Of a stretch of DNA of 32,000 nt, positions 22,364-32,000 are shown piece by piece (positions within the stretch are counted from its first letter, which is position 1; each line of letters begins with the position of its first letter). Position numbers and translations under genes: made by a program. The stretch is from contig NZ_BCZP01000034.1 in assembly GCF_001598795.1 (NCBI RefSeq), positions 1 to 32,000 on the forward strand. Direction: 5' to 3'. The notes beneath the pieces were generated by a model, which had not been told where the DNA came from, ran no database searches, and worked only from the letters and a program-made list of their open reading frames with translations. Source of the stretch: Delftia acidovorans NBRC 14950 (lineage in GTDB: Bacteria; Pseudomonadota; Gammaproteobacteria; Burkholderiales; Burkholderiaceae_C).

Positions 22364-23608
22364 TCACTCGGCCAGGAACAGCTCCTGCAGGTCGCTGAGG
22401 AAGTCAAAGCCCCGCTCCGTAGGCACCACCCGCCCCAGGTCGCGCGTGATCAGGCCCTTGGACTGAGCGGCGTCCAGCCCCTTGGCGATGGAGGACAGCG
22501 GCAGGCCCGTGCGCTCCATGAAGTCCTGCAGCGCAAAGCCTTCGCGCAGGCGCAGCGCGTTGAGCATGTACTCGAAGGGCAGGTCGGCACGGCGCACCTC
22601 GCCGTCCTGCGCCAGCGGCGCGCCGGCCAGGGCCTGGTCCATGTAGCGCGCGGGATCGCGAAAGCGCACCTGGCGCACGATGCGGTGCGCAAAGCTGAGC
22701 TTGCTGTGCGCGCCCGCGCCTATGCCCAGGTAGTCGCCGAACTGCCAGTAGTTGCGGTTGTGCCAGCACTGGTGGCCCTCACGCGCATAGGCCGAGATCT
22801 CGTAGCGCTGCATGCCCGCGGCAGCGGTGCGCGCGGTGATGCGGTCCAGCATGTCGTAGGCCAGGTCGTCCTCGGGGATGGCCGGCGGAAACTTGGCGAA
22901 ATACGTATTGGGCTCGATGGTCAGGTGATAGACCGACAGGTGCGGCGGGGCGAAGGACATGGCCACGTCCAGATCCCGCGCCAGGTCCAGTTCGGTCTGG
23001 CCGGGCAGCGCGTACATCAGGTCGATGTTGAAGGTCTCGAAGCTGTCGGCCGCCTCGCGCACGGCCGCACGCGCCTGGGCGCCGTCGTGCACGCGGCCCA
23101 CGGCCTGCAGCAGGCGGTCGTCAAAGCTCTGCACGCCAATGGACAGCCGCGTGACACCGGCCGCGCGGAAGGCGCGGAAGCGGTCGGTCTCGAAGGTGCC
23201 GGGGTTGGCCTCCATGGTGATCTCGCAGTCGGCCTCCATGCGCAGGCGCGCGCGGATGGCAGCCAGCAGCCGGTCGATGGACTCGGGCGCGAACAGGCTG
23301 GGCGTGCCGCCGCCGATGAAGATGCTGTGCACGGTGCGGCCCCAGATCAGCGGCAGCGCGCTCTCCAGGTCGGCGACCAGGGCGTCGATGTAGCGGTCTT
23401 CGGGCAGCTCGGGGCCGTCGCGGCCGTGCTCGTGCGAGTTGAAGTCGCAGTACGGGCACTTGCGAATGCACCAGGGCAGGTGCACATACAGCGACAGCGG
23501 CGGCAGGCTGCCAAGCTGCAGCGTGCCGGGGCGCATGTAGTGCTGGATGTCGCGCTGCACGGCGGCCTGGGCGCCGGAGGCCGAATCCTGGGGCTGGATG
23601 GGAATCAT
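22364..23608 (-). CDS. hemW: radical SAM heme chaperone HemW (HemN-like, oxygen-independent coproporphyrinogen oxidase family)
   Basis: 414 aa. LYVHLPWCIRKCPYCDFNS carries the CxxxCxxC radical-SAM motif, and an HemN C-terminal domain follows. The start overlaps the rdgB stop as ATGA. Confidence 0.9.
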   Translation of the reverse strand: MIPIQPQDSASGAQAAVQRDIQHYMRPGTLQLGSLPPLSLYVHLPWCIRKCPYCDFNSHEHGRDGPELPEDRYIDALVADLESALPLIWGRTVHSIFIGGGTPSLFAPESIDRLLAAIRARLRMEADCEITMEANPGTFETDRFRAFRAAGVTRLSIGVQSFDDRLLQAVGRVHDGAQARAAVREAADSFETFNIDLMYALPGQTELDLARDLDVAMSFAPPHLSVYHLTIEPNTYFAKFPPAIPEDDLAYDMLDRITARTAAAGMQRYEISAYAREGHQCWHNRNYWQFGDYLGIGAGAHSKLSFAHRIVRQVRFRDPARYMDQALAGAPLAQDGEVRRADLPFEYMLNALRLREGFALQDFMERTGLPLSSIAKGLDAAQSKGLITRDLGRVVPTERGFDFLSDLQELFLAE

Positions 23609-24207
23609 CGCACCCAGCGCTCGCGCACGAGTTCAATCATCTGCAGCGTGGCGCGGCCGCGGTGGCTGTGCGCGTGCTTCACGGCCGGGTCCATCTCGGC
23701 AAAGGTCTGGCCCAGCTCGGGGATGTACATCACAGGGTCGAAGCCGAAGCCCTGCGTGCCACGGCGCTCGGTGGTGATCTCGCCGAGCACACGGCCCATG
23801 GCGATCAGCGGTTCGGGGTCCCTGGCGCTGCGCACGCCCACCAGGGTGCTGACCATGGCGGCGCGGCGGTCGGCCACGCCCTGCATCTGCTCCAGCAGGG
23901 CGCGCACGTTGTTGTCGTCGCTTTTCTCGTAGCCGAACTGCGTGCAGTAGTAGGCCGTGTCCACGCCCGGCAGGCCGCCGAAGTGCGAGACGCACATGCC
24001 GGCGTCGTCGGCAATGGCGGGCAGGCCCGTGCGCTCGGCCGCGAAGCGGGCCTTGGACAGCGCGTTCTCCACGAAGGTGCAATGCGGCTCGGGCGCCTCG
24101 CCCTCGAACAGGTCGCCCTGGCGAATCAGTTCAACGCCCAGCGGGGCGAACATGGCTTGCAGCTCGGCGAGCTTGCCGCGGTTGTTGGAGGCCAACACAA
24201 TCTTCAT
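23605..24207 (-). CDS. rdgB: dITP/XTP pyrophosphatase (RdgB/HAM1 family)
   Basis: The internal ATG at 24207 gives MKIVLASNNRGKLAELQ...FVENALSKAR...DDAG...GFGFDP...HSHRG, the canonical RdgB motifs (200 aa). Confidence 0.9.
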   Translation of the reverse strand: MKIVLASNNRGKLAELQAMFAPLGVELIRQGDLFEGEAPEPHCTFVENALSKARFAAERTGLPAIADDAGMCVSHFGGLPGVDTAYYCTQFGYEKSDDNNVRALLEQMQGVADRRAAMVSTLVGVRSARDPEPLIAMGRVLGEITTERRGTQGFGFDPVMYIPELGQTFAEMDPAVKHAHSHRGRATLQMIELVRERWVR

Positions 24208-24306
24208 CGTAGAAATCCAGTCGGGCGCCCGTGCGCCCTTTGTCGTCAATAGGTTCGGTAGTCCATGCGCGCCACCGGCACCGCTGCTGCGGGCCGGCAG
24301 CGGCGT

Positions 24307-25212
24307 TCAGCGCTTGAACTGGCGCTCGGCCGAGCGGCGTATCGCCTCGTTGATCTCGGCGATGGAGCGCTCGATGGCGGCGTCATCCAGCTCATCTTCC
24401 AGGTCTTCGATTGGCCCCCCCTGGATCGTGGATTCAAACGCGTCGTTCTCGATGTCCTGGGTGGAGATGCCCATGGTGGACTCGAAGGCGTCGGGCGTCT
24501 CCCACTCCATGGCGATGGCCGTGACGTTGTCGCTGGCATCGCCCGCGTTGCGCAGCGCCGTTTCCACCAGCTGGGGGATGGCCTGGGACACGGTGCGGCC
24601 GTGCAGGGTGCGCATCAGGTGCCCTTCGTCCACGCTGCCCCACAGGCCGTCGGAGCACAGCAGCAGCTTGTCGCCCTGCTCCAGCCGGCGCGGCTCGGTC
24701 ACGTCGTAGATGGGCTTGGACGGCGAGCCCAGGCAGGTGAACAGCACATTGCGGCTGGATGTCTTGAGCTGCGCGGCGATCTCGCCCATCTCCAGATAGG
24801 AGTGGTCGCGCGTGCGCACCAGCAGCTCGCCACCGCGCACCAGGTACAGGCGCGAGTCGCCGCAGTGGATCCAGGTGATCTTGCCCTTCTGGATGACGGC
24901 CGCCACCAGCGTGGTGCGCGGCGTATCGATCATTCCCTTGGCGCTGGCGTAGCGCAGGATCTGCCGGTGCGCGTGCAGCAGCGCATCGACCAGAAAGCCC
25001 TGCGGATCGTCCAGCAGCGGCTTGGCCTGGCGCTGGAAGTGCACGGACATCACCTGCAGCGCCAGCTGCGCGGCGACCTCGCCTTCGGGATGGCCGCCCA
25101 TGCCGTCGGCCAGCACGAAGAGCACGGCCTCCCGCGTGTAGCAGTAGCCCATGCGGTCTTCATTGAGCGCACGGCCGCCGCGGCGGCTCAGCTGAAATAC
25201 CGAAAACCTCAT
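24307..25212 (-). CDS. PP2C-family Ser/Thr protein phosphatase
   Basis: 301 aa. RGGRALNEDR, LADGMGGH, LLCSDGLW and SDNVTAIAME are PPM motifs. An acidic C-terminal tail follows. The start overlaps the kinase stop as ATGA. Confidence 0.9.
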   Translation of the reverse strand: MRFSVFQLSRRGGRALNEDRMGYCYTREAVLFVLADGMGGHPEGEVAAQLALQVMSVHFQRQAKPLLDDPQGFLVDALLHAHRQILRYASAKGMIDTPRTTLVAAVIQKGKITWIHCGDSRLYLVRGGELLVRTRDHSYLEMGEIAAQLKTSSRNVLFTCLGSPSKPIYDVTEPRRLEQGDKLLLCSDGLWGSVDEGHLMRTLHGRTVSQAIPQLVETALRNAGDASDNVTAIAMEWETPDAFESTMGISTQDIENDAFESTIQGGPIEDLEDELDDAAIERSIAEINEAIRRSAERQFKR

Positions 25213-26240
25213 GGCTTGCGCTCCTGGCCGACGGCCGGCAGGCCTGCCGCGCCGCTGATCTTCTGCATGTTCTTCTTGGCGTCGGTCACCAGCGTGTCCA
25301 GTTGCAGGCGCATGCGCTCGGAGACACTGAGCTTGGTGTAGCGGCGCTCACCCTCGCGGCTCAATTCCTTTTGCAGCGCAAACACCGACTGCGGGCGCGA
25401 ACCCGGGTCCATGGCCATGCACCACTCGACGACTTCGATGAGGTTGTCCGAGTACACGCCGCGCAGCTTGGTCAGCGCCAGCGTGAGCCGGTCCTTGTCC
25501 TGGCGCTGCGGCGCCTCGTTGGGCGGAAAGCCCTGCATGCAGGCATAGATGCAGGCGCCAATCGCGTAGATGTCGGTCCAGGGGCCGAGCGACGCATCGC
25601 GGCGGTACATCTCGGGCGCGGCAAAGCCCGGGGTGTACATGGGGCGGATGAAGTTGCCTTCCTTGGACAGCACCTCGCGCGCCGCGCCGAAGTCGATCAT
25701 CACGGCACGGTCATCATTGGTGATGAAGATGTTGGCCGGCTTGATGTCCAGGTGCAGCATCTTGTGCTGGTGCACGATGCGCAGGCCGCGCAGCACCTCG
25801 TCGAACAGCGAGCGGATCGTCGATTCGCGGAACACCTTCTCGGCCTTGAGCTCGCGCGCGGTGACAACGAAGTCCTGCAGGGTGGCACCCTCCAGGTAGT
25901 TCATCACCATGTAGACGGTTTCGTTCTCGCGAAAGAAATTGAGCACGCTGACCACGGAAGCGTGCGAGATCTGTGCAAGGGAACGCCCTTCCTCGAAGAA
26001 GCTCTTGAGGCCCAGGCGGTACAGTGAAAGCTTTTCGGGAGCCACGGCGGGCTGCAACTCTCCGGGGGCACGGGTGGCCAGCGATGCGGGCAGGTATTCC
26101 TTGATCGCAACCTGCTTGCCCTCTGCATCCAAGGCCAGGTAAACGACGCCGAAACCGCCGGAAGCAAGCCTGCGCACCACCCGATAGCCGCCGATCGTGC
26201 TGCCTGGCGGCAATGGCGCCGGCTTGATCTTGGAAGACAT
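25209..26240 (-). CDS. Hanks-type Ser/Thr protein kinase (soluble, no sensor or TM domain)
   Basis: The ATG at 26240 gives 343 aa. GSGGFGVVY (G-loop), VAIKEY, HLDIKPANIF (non-RD catalytic loop), DFGAA and AAPE are present. Confidence 0.9.
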   Translation of the reverse strand: MSSKIKPAPLPPGSTIGGYRVVRRLASGGFGVVYLALDAEGKQVAIKEYLPASLATRAPGELQPAVAPEKLSLYRLGLKSFFEEGRSLAQISHASVVSVLNFFRENETVYMVMNYLEGATLQDFVVTARELKAEKVFRESTIRSLFDEVLRGLRIVHQHKMLHLDIKPANIFITNDDRAVMIDFGAAREVLSKEGNFIRPMYTPGFAAPEMYRRDASLGPWTDIYAIGACIYACMQGFPPNEAPQRQDKDRLTLALTKLRGVYSDNLIEVVEWCMAMDPGSRPQSVFALQKELSREGERRYTKLSVSERMRLQLDTLVTDAKKNMQKISGAAGLPAVGQERKP

Positions 26241-26314
26241 TTTTCTCCGGTGAGTCTCAGGGATGAGGCGAAACCCGGATAATCGGGCAATTGCAAGCAT
26301 CCATCAAAAGTCCA

Positions 26315-27223
26315 ATGCCAGTTTACAGCATGACCGGATACGCCAGTGCCCAGCACGGCGCGTCCGCAGAAGATGGTGGAGCGTCGGGCCGCAACAGCCG
26401 GCTCGGTCTGGAGATCCGCTCGGTCAACAGCCGCTTCCTGGATCTTTCGTTCCGCCTGCCCGACGAGTTGCGCGCCCATGAGCCGGCCTTGCGGGCCCTT
26501 CTGACCGCCCGCCTCAAGCGCGGCAAGGTCGAAGTGCGCGCCGCCATCGACAACGACGACGGCAACTCCCTGCCCGATCCCTCCACCGCCATGCTGCAGC
26601 GCCTGGCCATGCTCCAGGACACCGTCCAGTCATGGCTGCCCGACGCTCGCAGCCTGTCCGTCTCCGACGCACTGCGCCTGGCCAGCGGCGGCGCCCACTC
26701 GGCCATCGACTGGAGCAGCATGCTGCCCACGCTGGCAGAGCAGGCCCTGACCGAACTGCTGGAGGCCCGCGCCCGCGAAGGCAAGCGCCTGGCCACCATG
26801 CTGCTGGACCGCATCGCCCAGTTGCGCAAACTCGCGGCAGACGCCACGCCCCTGGTGCCCCAGCTCGTGGAGCAGCAGCGCCTGCGCTTCATGGAGCGCT
26901 GGAAGGAAGCGATGGCCCTGGCCGAAGGCGCCGTGGCGCCCGAAGCCGCCCAGGACCGCGCCCTGACCGAGGCCACGGCCTTTGCCATCCGCATCGACGT
27001 GGCGGAAGAAGTCACCCGCCTGGACTCGCACCTGGACGAGATCCAGAGCCTGCTCAAGAAGGGCGGCGAGATCGGCAAGCGCCTGGATTTCCTGATCCAG
27101 GAGCTGCACCGCGAAGCCAACACGCTGGGCTCCAAGTCCGCCACGCTGGAGCTGACCCGCATCAGCGTGGACATGAAGGTGCTGATCGAGCAGATGCGCG
27201 AGCAGGTGCAGAACATCGAATAA
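26315..27223 (+). CDS. yicC: YicC-family stress-induced protein
   Basis: [10 protein letters not shown] aligns with the MIRSMTAYA start of E. coli YicC. The C-terminal motif LDEIQSLL...[24 protein letters not shown] is characteristic. Confidence 0.88.
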   Translation: MPVYSMTGYASAQHGASAEDGGASGRNSRLGLEIRSVNSRFLDLSFRLPDELRAHEPALRALLTARLKRGKVEVRAAIDNDDGNSLPDPSTAMLQRLAMLQDTVQSWLPDARSLSVSDALRLASGGAHSAIDWSSMLPTLAEQALTELLEARAREGKRLATMLLDRIAQLRKLAADATPLVPQLVEQQRLRFMERWKEAMALAEGAVAPEAAQDRALTEATAFAIRIDVAEEVTRLDSHLDEIQSLLKKGGEIGKRLDFLIQELHREANTLGSKSATLELTRISVDMKVLIEQMREQVQNIE

Positions 27224-27267
27224 GCCCATCACAGATGCCCATGCGTAACCAAACTGCGCACAAATCC

Positions 27268-27897
27268 ATGGATTACCCCGGAAACCTCTTTGTCGTCTCG
27301 GCCCCCAGCGGGGCCGGCAAGTCCAGCCTGGTGCGAGCCTTGCGCGAGTTCGATGCGCGCGTCTCGCCCTCCGTCTCCCACACCACCCGCGCGCCGCGTG
27401 GCCAGGAAAAGCACGGCCGCGAGTACTACTTCGTCTCCGACCAGGAATTCGACACCATGGTGTCGAACAACGCCTTCGTCGAATGGGCGAATGTGCACAG
27501 CCGCCGCTACGGCACGGCCAAGAAGGCGCTGGAAGAGCGCATTCAGGTCGGCACCGACGTGCTGCTGGAGATCGACTACCAGGGCGCGCTGCAGGTCAAG
27601 GAGGCGTTTCCGAACGCCGTTCTGATCTTCATCCTGCCGCCCAGCTGGGACGAGCTGCGCGCACGCCTGGAAAACCGGGGCGAGGACGCGCCCGAGGTGA
27701 TCGAACTGCGCCTGACGAACGCGGCCGAGGAGATGGCCCAGGTGGCGAAATTCGACTTCGTTATAATCAACGAATTGTTCGAGAGCGCACTGTTTGATCT
27801 CAAGACGATCATCCACGCCCAGCGCCTCAAGTATGCGGCTCAGCGCAGCCGCCGCGCAGAGACCTTCGAGTCTCTCAATATTTCTGTACCCAACTGA
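27268..27897 (+). CDS. gmk: guanylate kinase
   Basis: [17 protein letters not shown] (P-loop), [20 protein letters not shown] and EIDYQGA are present. Alternative upstream ATGs lie at 27235 and 27241. Confidence 0.9.
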   Translation: MDYPGNLFVVSAPSGAGKSSLVRALREFDARVSPSVSHTTRAPRGQEKHGREYYFVSDQEFDTMVSNNAFVEWANVHSRRYGTAKKALEERIQVGTDVLLEIDYQGALQVKEAFPNAVLIFILPPSWDELRARLENRGEDAPEVIELRLTNAAEEMAQVAKFDFVIINELFESALFDLKTIIHAQRLKYAAQRSRRAETFESLNISVPN

Positions 27898-27915
27898 CGT
27901 TTCCCGGAGATCCTG

Positions 27916-28119
27916 ATGGCACGCATCACTGTTGAAGACTGCCTGGAGCAGATCCCTAACCGCTTCCAGCTCGTGTTGGCCGCCACCTACCGCGCCCGCA
28001 TGCTGAGCCAGGGCCACACGCCCAGGATCGAAACCAAGAACAAGCCCGGTGTCACCGCCCTGCGCGAGATCGCCGAAGGCAAGGTCGGCCTGGAGATGCT
28101 GAAGAAGGTTCCGGGCTGA
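27916..28119 (+). CDS. rpoZ: DNA-directed RNA polymerase subunit omega
   Basis: 67 aa. [30 protein letters not shown] is the canonical RpoZ N-terminus. Confidence 0.93.
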   Translation: MARITVEDCLEQIPNRFQLVLAATYRARMLSQGHTPRIETKNKPGVTALREIAEGKVGLEMLKKVPG

Positions 28120-28152
28120 TTTGCTGCAAAGCAACACAATGGCCCCACAAAG

Positions 28153-28177
28153 AGCACCGCACAGCGGTGCTTTTTTT
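28153..28177 (+). terminator. intrinsic terminator after rpoZ
   Basis: agcaccgc-aca-gcggtgct (8-bp stem) is followed by tttttt. Confidence 0.8.
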
Positions 28178-28220
28178 ACATGAAGCCTGCACAAACCCGC
28201 ATGCACGCTACATTTAAGTC

Positions 28221-30488
28221 ATGAAAGCGGCCTTGACTTCGTTCACAGCCCCCTCTGATCCCGTACCGACACCCCGGCCCGAGCGCATGTCTGCAGAGCA
28301 GGCAGCGACCGTGTCGGCCAATGCCTTTGCCGGACTGATGGAGCACCTGGGTTACCTGGATGCCACCAGCATCGAGCAGGTGCGCGAAGCCTATGCTTTT
28401 GCCGACCTGGCCCACAGCGACCAGTGGCGCAGCAGCGGCGAACCCTACATCACCCATCCCATTGCCGTCACCGCGCTGTGCGCGAGCTGGAAGCTCGACG
28501 CCCCGGCCCTGATGGCCGCGCTGCTGCACGATGCGATGGAAGACTGCGGCGTCACCAAGGCGGACCTCGCCCAGCGCTTCGGCCAGGACGTGGCCGAGCT
28601 GGTCGACGGCCTCACCAAGCTGGACAAGCTGCAGTTCAACACGCGTGAGGAAAACCAGGCCGAGTCCTTCCGCAAGATGCTGCTGGCCATGGCACGCGAT
28701 GTGCGCGTCATCCTGATCAAGCTGGCCGACCGCACCCACAACATGCGCACCATGGGCGACATGCCGCGCAACAAGTGGGGCCGCATCTCGTCGGAGACGC
28801 TGGAGATCTACGCACCCATCGCCCACCGCCTGGGCCTGAACCAGACCTACCGCGAGCTGCAGGACCTGGCCTTCCGCCACCTGCACCCCTGGCGCTATGC
28901 CACGCTGGAAAAGGCCATCGCCCGCTCGCGCAAGCGCCGCCGCGACCTGGTCCAGCGCGTGCAGGACGAGGTCAATGCGGAGTTCGCCGGCGCAGGCCTG
29001 CAGGCACGCCTGGCAGGGCGCGAAAGCACGCTGTATTCGCTCTATCTGCGCATGGAGAAGAACCAGCTGAGCTTTGCCAAGGTGACGGACGTCTACGGAT
29101 TTCGCGTCATCCTGCCGCGCGTGATCGACTGCTACACCGCGCTGGGCGTGCTGCACCAGATGTACAAGCCCATGCCGGGCCGCTTCAAGGACTACATCGC
29201 CATTGCCAAGAACAATGGCTACCAGTCGCTGCACACCACGCTGGTGGGCCCCTCGGGCGTGAACATCGAGTTCCAGATCCGCACCGAGGAAATGCACATC
29301 GTCGCCGAGGCCGGCGTCGCCGCGCACTGGCTGTACAAGGCCCAGCCCGGCCACGATTCCGAGCAGCTGGGCACGCAGTGGCTGCAGTCGCTGCTGGACA
29401 TACAGAACGAGACGCGCGATGCGGCCGAGTTCTGGGACCACGTCAAGGTGGACCTGTTCCCCGACGCCGTCTACGTGTTCACGCCCAAGAGCGAGATCAT
29501 GGCCATGCCGCGCGGCGCCACCGTGGTGGACTTCGCCTACGCCATCCACAGCAAGGTCGGCAACCACATGACGGCCGCCCGCATCAACAACGAGGAAGTG
29601 CCGCTGCGCACCGAACTCAAGAGCGGCGACGTGGTGCAGATCGTCACCTCCGAGGACGCCACGCCCAACCCGGCCTGGCTGGGCTTCGTGAAGACGGGCC
29701 GCGCGCGCTCCAAGATCCGCCACTACCTGAAGTCGGCCGCGCAAAGCGAATCGGCCCGCCTGGGCGAGAACCTGCTGGCCCAGGCCATGCGTGCCGAAGG
29801 CATGGATGCCGTGCCGCCGGCCGACGAGGCCAACCAGGCACTGTGGGACGAGGTGCTGCGCATGGCCGGCAGCCGCAGCCGCGCCGACCTGATGGTGGAC
29901 ATCGGCATGGGCCGGCGCATTGCGTCGCTGGTGGCCTCGCGCCTGACGGCGCTGATGGCGCGCCACGGCCACCGGCCCGACGCCCTGCTGCTCACACGCG
30001 AACGCTTCAACTCCAGCAACCGTCCCTTCCAGGGTGCCGTGCTGCTGGACGGCTCCAACCAGGGCTCCATCCACTACGCGCAATGCTGCCGCCCCGTGCC
30101 GGGCGACCCCATCGTGGGCTACCTGGGCAGCGGCGAAGGCCTGATCGTCCACCATGCGCAGTGCAAGATCGCGCAGCGCCTGCAGGAAAAGGACAGAGAC
30201 CGCTTCATCGTGGTTGAGTGGGCCGATGACATGGATGCCGCACGCCTGTTCGAGGCACGCATCGTGGTCACCGTCAACAACGGCAAGGGCGTGCTCGCGC
30301 GCGTGGCGGCCGAGCTGGCCGGCGCCGAGGTGGACATCCTGCGCGTGGACATGGCCGACGAGGCGGCCATGAGCACCACGGACCTGTGCTTCGTGATCTC
30401 GGTGCACGACAACCAGCAGGTGGAGTCCGCGCTGCGCAACCTGCGCCGCGTGCACTCGGTGGTGCGCGCATCGCGCGTCATCCCCTGA
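28221..30488 (+). CDS. spoT: bifunctional (p)ppGpp synthetase/hydrolase (RelA/SpoT homolog)
   Basis: 755 aa. It has an HD hydrolase domain (GEPYITHPIAV...LLHDAMED), a RelA/SpoT synthetase domain (YGFRVI...NGYQSLHTT), and TGS and C-terminal ACT regions. It follows gmk-rpoZ as in other proteobacteria. Confidence 0.92.
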   Translation: MKAALTSFTAPSDPVPTPRPERMSAEQAATVSANAFAGLMEHLGYLDATSIEQVREAYAFADLAHSDQWRSSGEPYITHPIAVTALCASWKLDAPALMAALLHDAMEDCGVTKADLAQRFGQDVAELVDGLTKLDKLQFNTREENQAESFRKMLLAMARDVRVILIKLADRTHNMRTMGDMPRNKWGRISSETLEIYAPIAHRLGLNQTYRELQDLAFRHLHPWRYATLEKAIARSRKRRRDLVQRVQDEVNAEFAGAGLQARLAGRESTLYSLYLRMEKNQLSFAKVTDVYGFRVILPRVIDCYTALGVLHQMYKPMPGRFKDYIAIAKNNGYQSLHTTLVGPSGVNIEFQIRTEEMHIVAEAGVAAHWLYKAQPGHDSEQLGTQWLQSLLDIQNETRDAAEFWDHVKVDLFPDAVYVFTPKSEIMAMPRGATVVDFAYAIHSKVGNHMTAARINNEEVPLRTELKSGDVVQIVTSEDATPNPAWLGFVKTGRARSKIRHYLKSAAQSESARLGENLLAQAMRAEGMDAVPPADEANQALWDEVLRMAGSRSRADLMVDIGMGRRIASLVASRLTALMARHGHRPDALLLTRERFNSSNRPFQGAVLLDGSNQGSIHYAQCCRPVPGDPIVGYLGSGEGLIVHHAQCKIAQRLQEKDRDRFIVVEWADDMDAARLFEARIVVTVNNGKGVLARVAAELAGAEVDILRVDMADEAAMSTTDLCFVISVHDNQQVESALRNLRRVHSVVRASRVIP

Positions 30489-30493
30489 ACACT

Positions 30494-30516
30494 GCCCCGC
30501 TCCTGCGGGGCTTTTT
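30494..30516 (+). terminator. intrinsic terminator after spoT
   Basis: gccccgc-tcct-gcggggc is followed by ttttt. It abuts the stop of the convergent Sir2 gene. Confidence 0.8.
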
Positions 30517-31382
30517 CATTGCGCCAGGTCCAGGGCCAGCTGCTGCAGCAACGGGCCGCAGTCCTGCTCGATCTTGAGGGCCAGCAAATCCTCGGAGCGC
30601 ATGCGGCCCTGGTTGATGGCGGCCACCGGCTTGCCCTGGGCCACGGCCTCATGCACAAAGCGCAGGCCTGAATACACCATCAGCGAAGAACCGGCGACCA
30701 GCAGCCCGCCGGCCTGCTGCAGCATGGCGCGCACGGCCTGCACCCGCTGGCTGGGCACGCCTTCCCCGTAGAACACCACATCGGGCTTGAGCACGCCGCC
30801 GCAATGCGGGCAGGCCGGCACGTCGAAGCGGCTGAAGTCGCGCCCCTCCAGATCGGCATCGCCGTCGGGCGCGGCCTGGGCGCTCAGGCCGGCCCAGCCG
30901 GGGTTGCGCTCCAGCAGCATGGCCTGCAGCACGGCGCGCTCCATGCCGGCGCCGCAGCCCATGCAGCGCACGGCGGCGATGCGGCCGTGCAGGTCGATGA
31001 CGCCATCGCTGCCCGCTGCCGTGTGCAGGCCGTCCACATTCTGGGTGACCAGGCCTTCGATCCATCCGCGCTGCTGCAACTGCGCCAGTGCCGCGTGGGC
31101 CTGGCCGGGCCTGGCCTGCGCCATCACGGGCCAGCCCAGCAGGCTGCGCGCCCAATAGCGCTGGCGCGTGGCATGGCTGCCCATGAAGGCCTGCAGCGTC
31201 ACTGGCTGGGGGCGCTTCCACTGGCCTTCCAGATCCCGGTAGTCCGGAATGCCGGAGCCCGTGCTGCAGCCCGCGCCCGTCAGCACCAGCCAGCGCCGAC
31301 CGGGCGGCAGCAAGGCGCGCAGGGCCAGCGCGGCATCGTGCAGAACCGGGGATGGTGATGGCGGCGGAGCGATGGCGGTCAT
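30516..31382 (-). CDS. cobB: NAD-dependent protein deacylase (Sir2 family)
   Basis: The ATG at 31382 gives 288 aa. LTGAGCSTGSGIPDYR, TQNVDGLH, LHG and the zinc ribbon CMGCG...CPHCGG are present. Confidence 0.85.
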   Translation of the reverse strand: MTAIAPPPSPSPVLHDAALALRALLPPGRRWLVLTGAGCSTGSGIPDYRDLEGQWKRPQPVTLQAFMGSHATRQRYWARSLLGWPVMAQARPGQAHAALAQLQQRGWIEGLVTQNVDGLHTAAGSDGVIDLHGRIAAVRCMGCGAGMERAVLQAMLLERNPGWAGLSAQAAPDGDADLEGRDFSRFDVPACPHCGGVLKPDVVFYGEGVPSQRVQAVRAMLQQAGGLLVAGSSLMVYSGLRFVHEAVAQGKPVAAINQGRMRSEDLLALKIEQDCGPLLQQLALDLAQ

Positions 31383-31468
31383 GGCCGCACAGCATAGCGG
31401 CCCCGCACGCCCAATGCAGAAACACCGTGTTGCACTCCGAGCCGGGGCGCAGCGGAGACAATGGCCAG

Positions 31469-32000
31469 ATGCCTCACGCACACGCCACCGCCCAAGCCGC
31501 CGCCCAAGCCACAGCCCAAGCTTTTTCCACCGCCCGCCATCCCGCCGCGCTGAACCGCGCCGCCCTGGCCACCGCCCTGGCCACCGCCCTGGCCGCCGTG
31601 CTGCTGGCCGGCTGCGCGTCCCGGCCGGCGCCTGCGCCGGTCACGGTGCCGCCCTCCATGCCCGCCCCCACGGCGCCTGCCGCGCCCGTGCAGCCCGAAC
31701 CGGCCACCGCGCCGGATGCCGCCCAGCAGGCCGAAGCCACCAGCTTCGAAGCGTGGAAGCGGGATTTCGCGCGCAAGGCGCTGGACGCCGGCATCTCGGA
31801 GAAAACCTTGCGCAGCGCACTGGAGCCTGCCCGGCTGCAGCGCCGCGCGGTGCAGCTGGACCGCTCGCAGCCTGAATTCACGCGCACGCCCTGGCAGTAC
31901 CTGGACAGCGCCGTATCGGCCCAGCGCATTGCCCAGGGCCGCGCCAAGCTGCGCGAAGCGGCTGCACCGCTGCAGTCGGCCAGCCAGCGCTATGGCGTGC
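31469..32000 (+). CDS. lytic murein transglycosylase (MltB/SLT_2-type), 5' partial at window end
   Basis: I translated the open frame from the ATG at 31469 by hand. It is not in the track because no stop lies within the window. It has a signal peptide with the lipobox LLAGC, then FEAWKRDFARKALDAGISEKTL...LDRSQPEFTRTPWQYL...RIAQGR...YGV, typical of the MltB family. Confidence 0.75.
   Translation, partial: MPHAHATAQAAAQATAQAFSTARHPAALNRAALATALATALAAVLLAGCASRPAPAPVTVPPSMPAPTAPAAPVQPEPATAPDAAQQAEATSFEAWKRDFARKALDAGISEKTLRSALEPARLQRRAVQLDRSQPEFTRTPWQYLDSAVSAQRIAQGRAKLREAAAPLQSASQRYGV

Noticed and set aside
28176-30455. 759-aa minus-strand ORF antisense to spoT
   Set aside because: The plus-strand frame encodes a complete RelA/SpoT homolog with all its domains. 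The antisense product is low-complexity (H, G, A, V, R-rich) with no motifs.

Overview
High-GC chromosomal segment (39/60 G+C in a sampled line, 13501-13560). Gene content and order look betaproteobacterial, Comamonadaceae-like; the taxon is an inference. I can support about 38 protein genes, and most are ordinary core or metabolic functions. These are a clpP paralog, an ArsR-SRPBCC pair, LysR/SDR, LLM monooxygenase-GST, a second LysR, MerR-PaaI thioesterase, class-I DAHP synthase, and GntR-bdhA-fahA. They continue with a SPOR protein, an I78 lipoprotein, hemW-rdgB, a PP2C/Ser-Thr kinase pair, yicC-gmk-rpoZ-spoT, a Sir2 deacetylase and a partial MltB-type transglycosylase. I found no rRNA, tRNA, CRISPR array, transposase or integrase, and no recognisable defence enzyme (nuclease, helicase or ATPase). 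Three places deviate from the core pattern. (1) A lower-GC patch at about 2.07-5.65 kb carries two XRE regulators, each with its own palindromic operator set. One XRE is fused in an operon with an ImmA/IrrE-type HEXXH protease and faces a tight three-gene cassette of small proteins (DUF3892-like, YjzC-like and a CxxC protein). (2) A strongly AT-rich 1.6-kb cassette at 11.69-13.33 kb (23/60 G+C in a sampled line) encodes one polytopic MOP/MATE-like membrane protein preceded by a very small ORF with a strong SD. Two copies of a complex REP-like palindrome bracket it. (3) A 772-aa conserved protein of unknown function (14639-16957) has a canonical EF-hand loop, three C-terminal TM helices and an (Ala-Pro)11 tail encoded by a hexanucleotide repeat. 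Several short tandem-repeat arrays sit in promoter-proximal positions. The most system-like candidate is the XRE/ImmA-controlled cassette, but its function is inferred, not demonstrated.
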